Positions 63,787-64,000 of a DNA stretch of 64,000 bases are shown here, piece by piece (positions within the stretch are counted from its first letter, which is position 1; every line of letters begins with the position of its first letter). Where the stretch lies: positions 6,324,001 to 6,388,000 of the forward strand of contig OZ176051.1 in the NCBI GenBank assembly GCA_964247055.1. The letters run 5' to 3'. Origin of the DNA: Paragordius varius. Its lineage: Eukaryota; Animalia; Nematomorpha. The translations under genes were made by a program, and so were the position numbers. The notes below the pieces were generated by a model. It had not been told where the DNA came from and searched no databases. It worked only from the letters and a program-made list of their open reading frames with translations.

Positions 63787-64000
63787 CTATTGAGAAACAT
63801 GGGGAAAATTGTATACCCTAATAAATATATCTCAGAGATTTAGTATCAAAATTATTGAATCGATGCGTCACCTCCTTTATTTTGGAGATCAATTATGTTC
63901 ACGTCCTATTTATTAATTCAAAATTCTGTTCTAATTATTTTGACTGAATTGATTTTTTTCCATTTAACATTGTTTTATGTTTGAAAACTGTTTAACCTTA

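Overview
Very AT-rich, intron-containing animal DNA, most likely an invertebrate. There is no prokaryotic signal, and the taxon cannot be fixed from the window, although a Wnt16-type ligand argues against an insect. I rebuilt six spliced genes by hand. (1) A Wnt16-like ligand on the minus strand (2685-11743), about 736 aa, roughly twice normal Wnt length. (2) An animal heme peroxidase of peroxinectin/chorion-peroxidase type (minus, 22156-28661). (3) A small single-pass mucin-like membrane protein (plus, from 31671). (4) A type I PI4P 5-kinase (minus, 35454-47083). (5) Protein farnesyltransferase beta, FNTB (plus, 47166-57141); its 5' half is missed by the ORF track. (6) A 5'-truncated orphan mucin-like gene (minus, 57330 to beyond 63786). 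Intergenic DNA and long introns hold a hAT element with intact termini and 8-bp TSD, several MITE families, RTE-type LINE and piggyBac remnants, and a hierarchical minisatellite. The most unusual observation is that the FNTB reading frame is restored only by removing five consecutive GT-AG segments of 26, 22, 23, 25 and 21 nt (47247-47619). All other introns I traced are about 55 nt to 6 kb. The FNTB start codon also lies only 82 nt from the divergent PIP5K start codon. All exon structures are manual and untested against RNA data.
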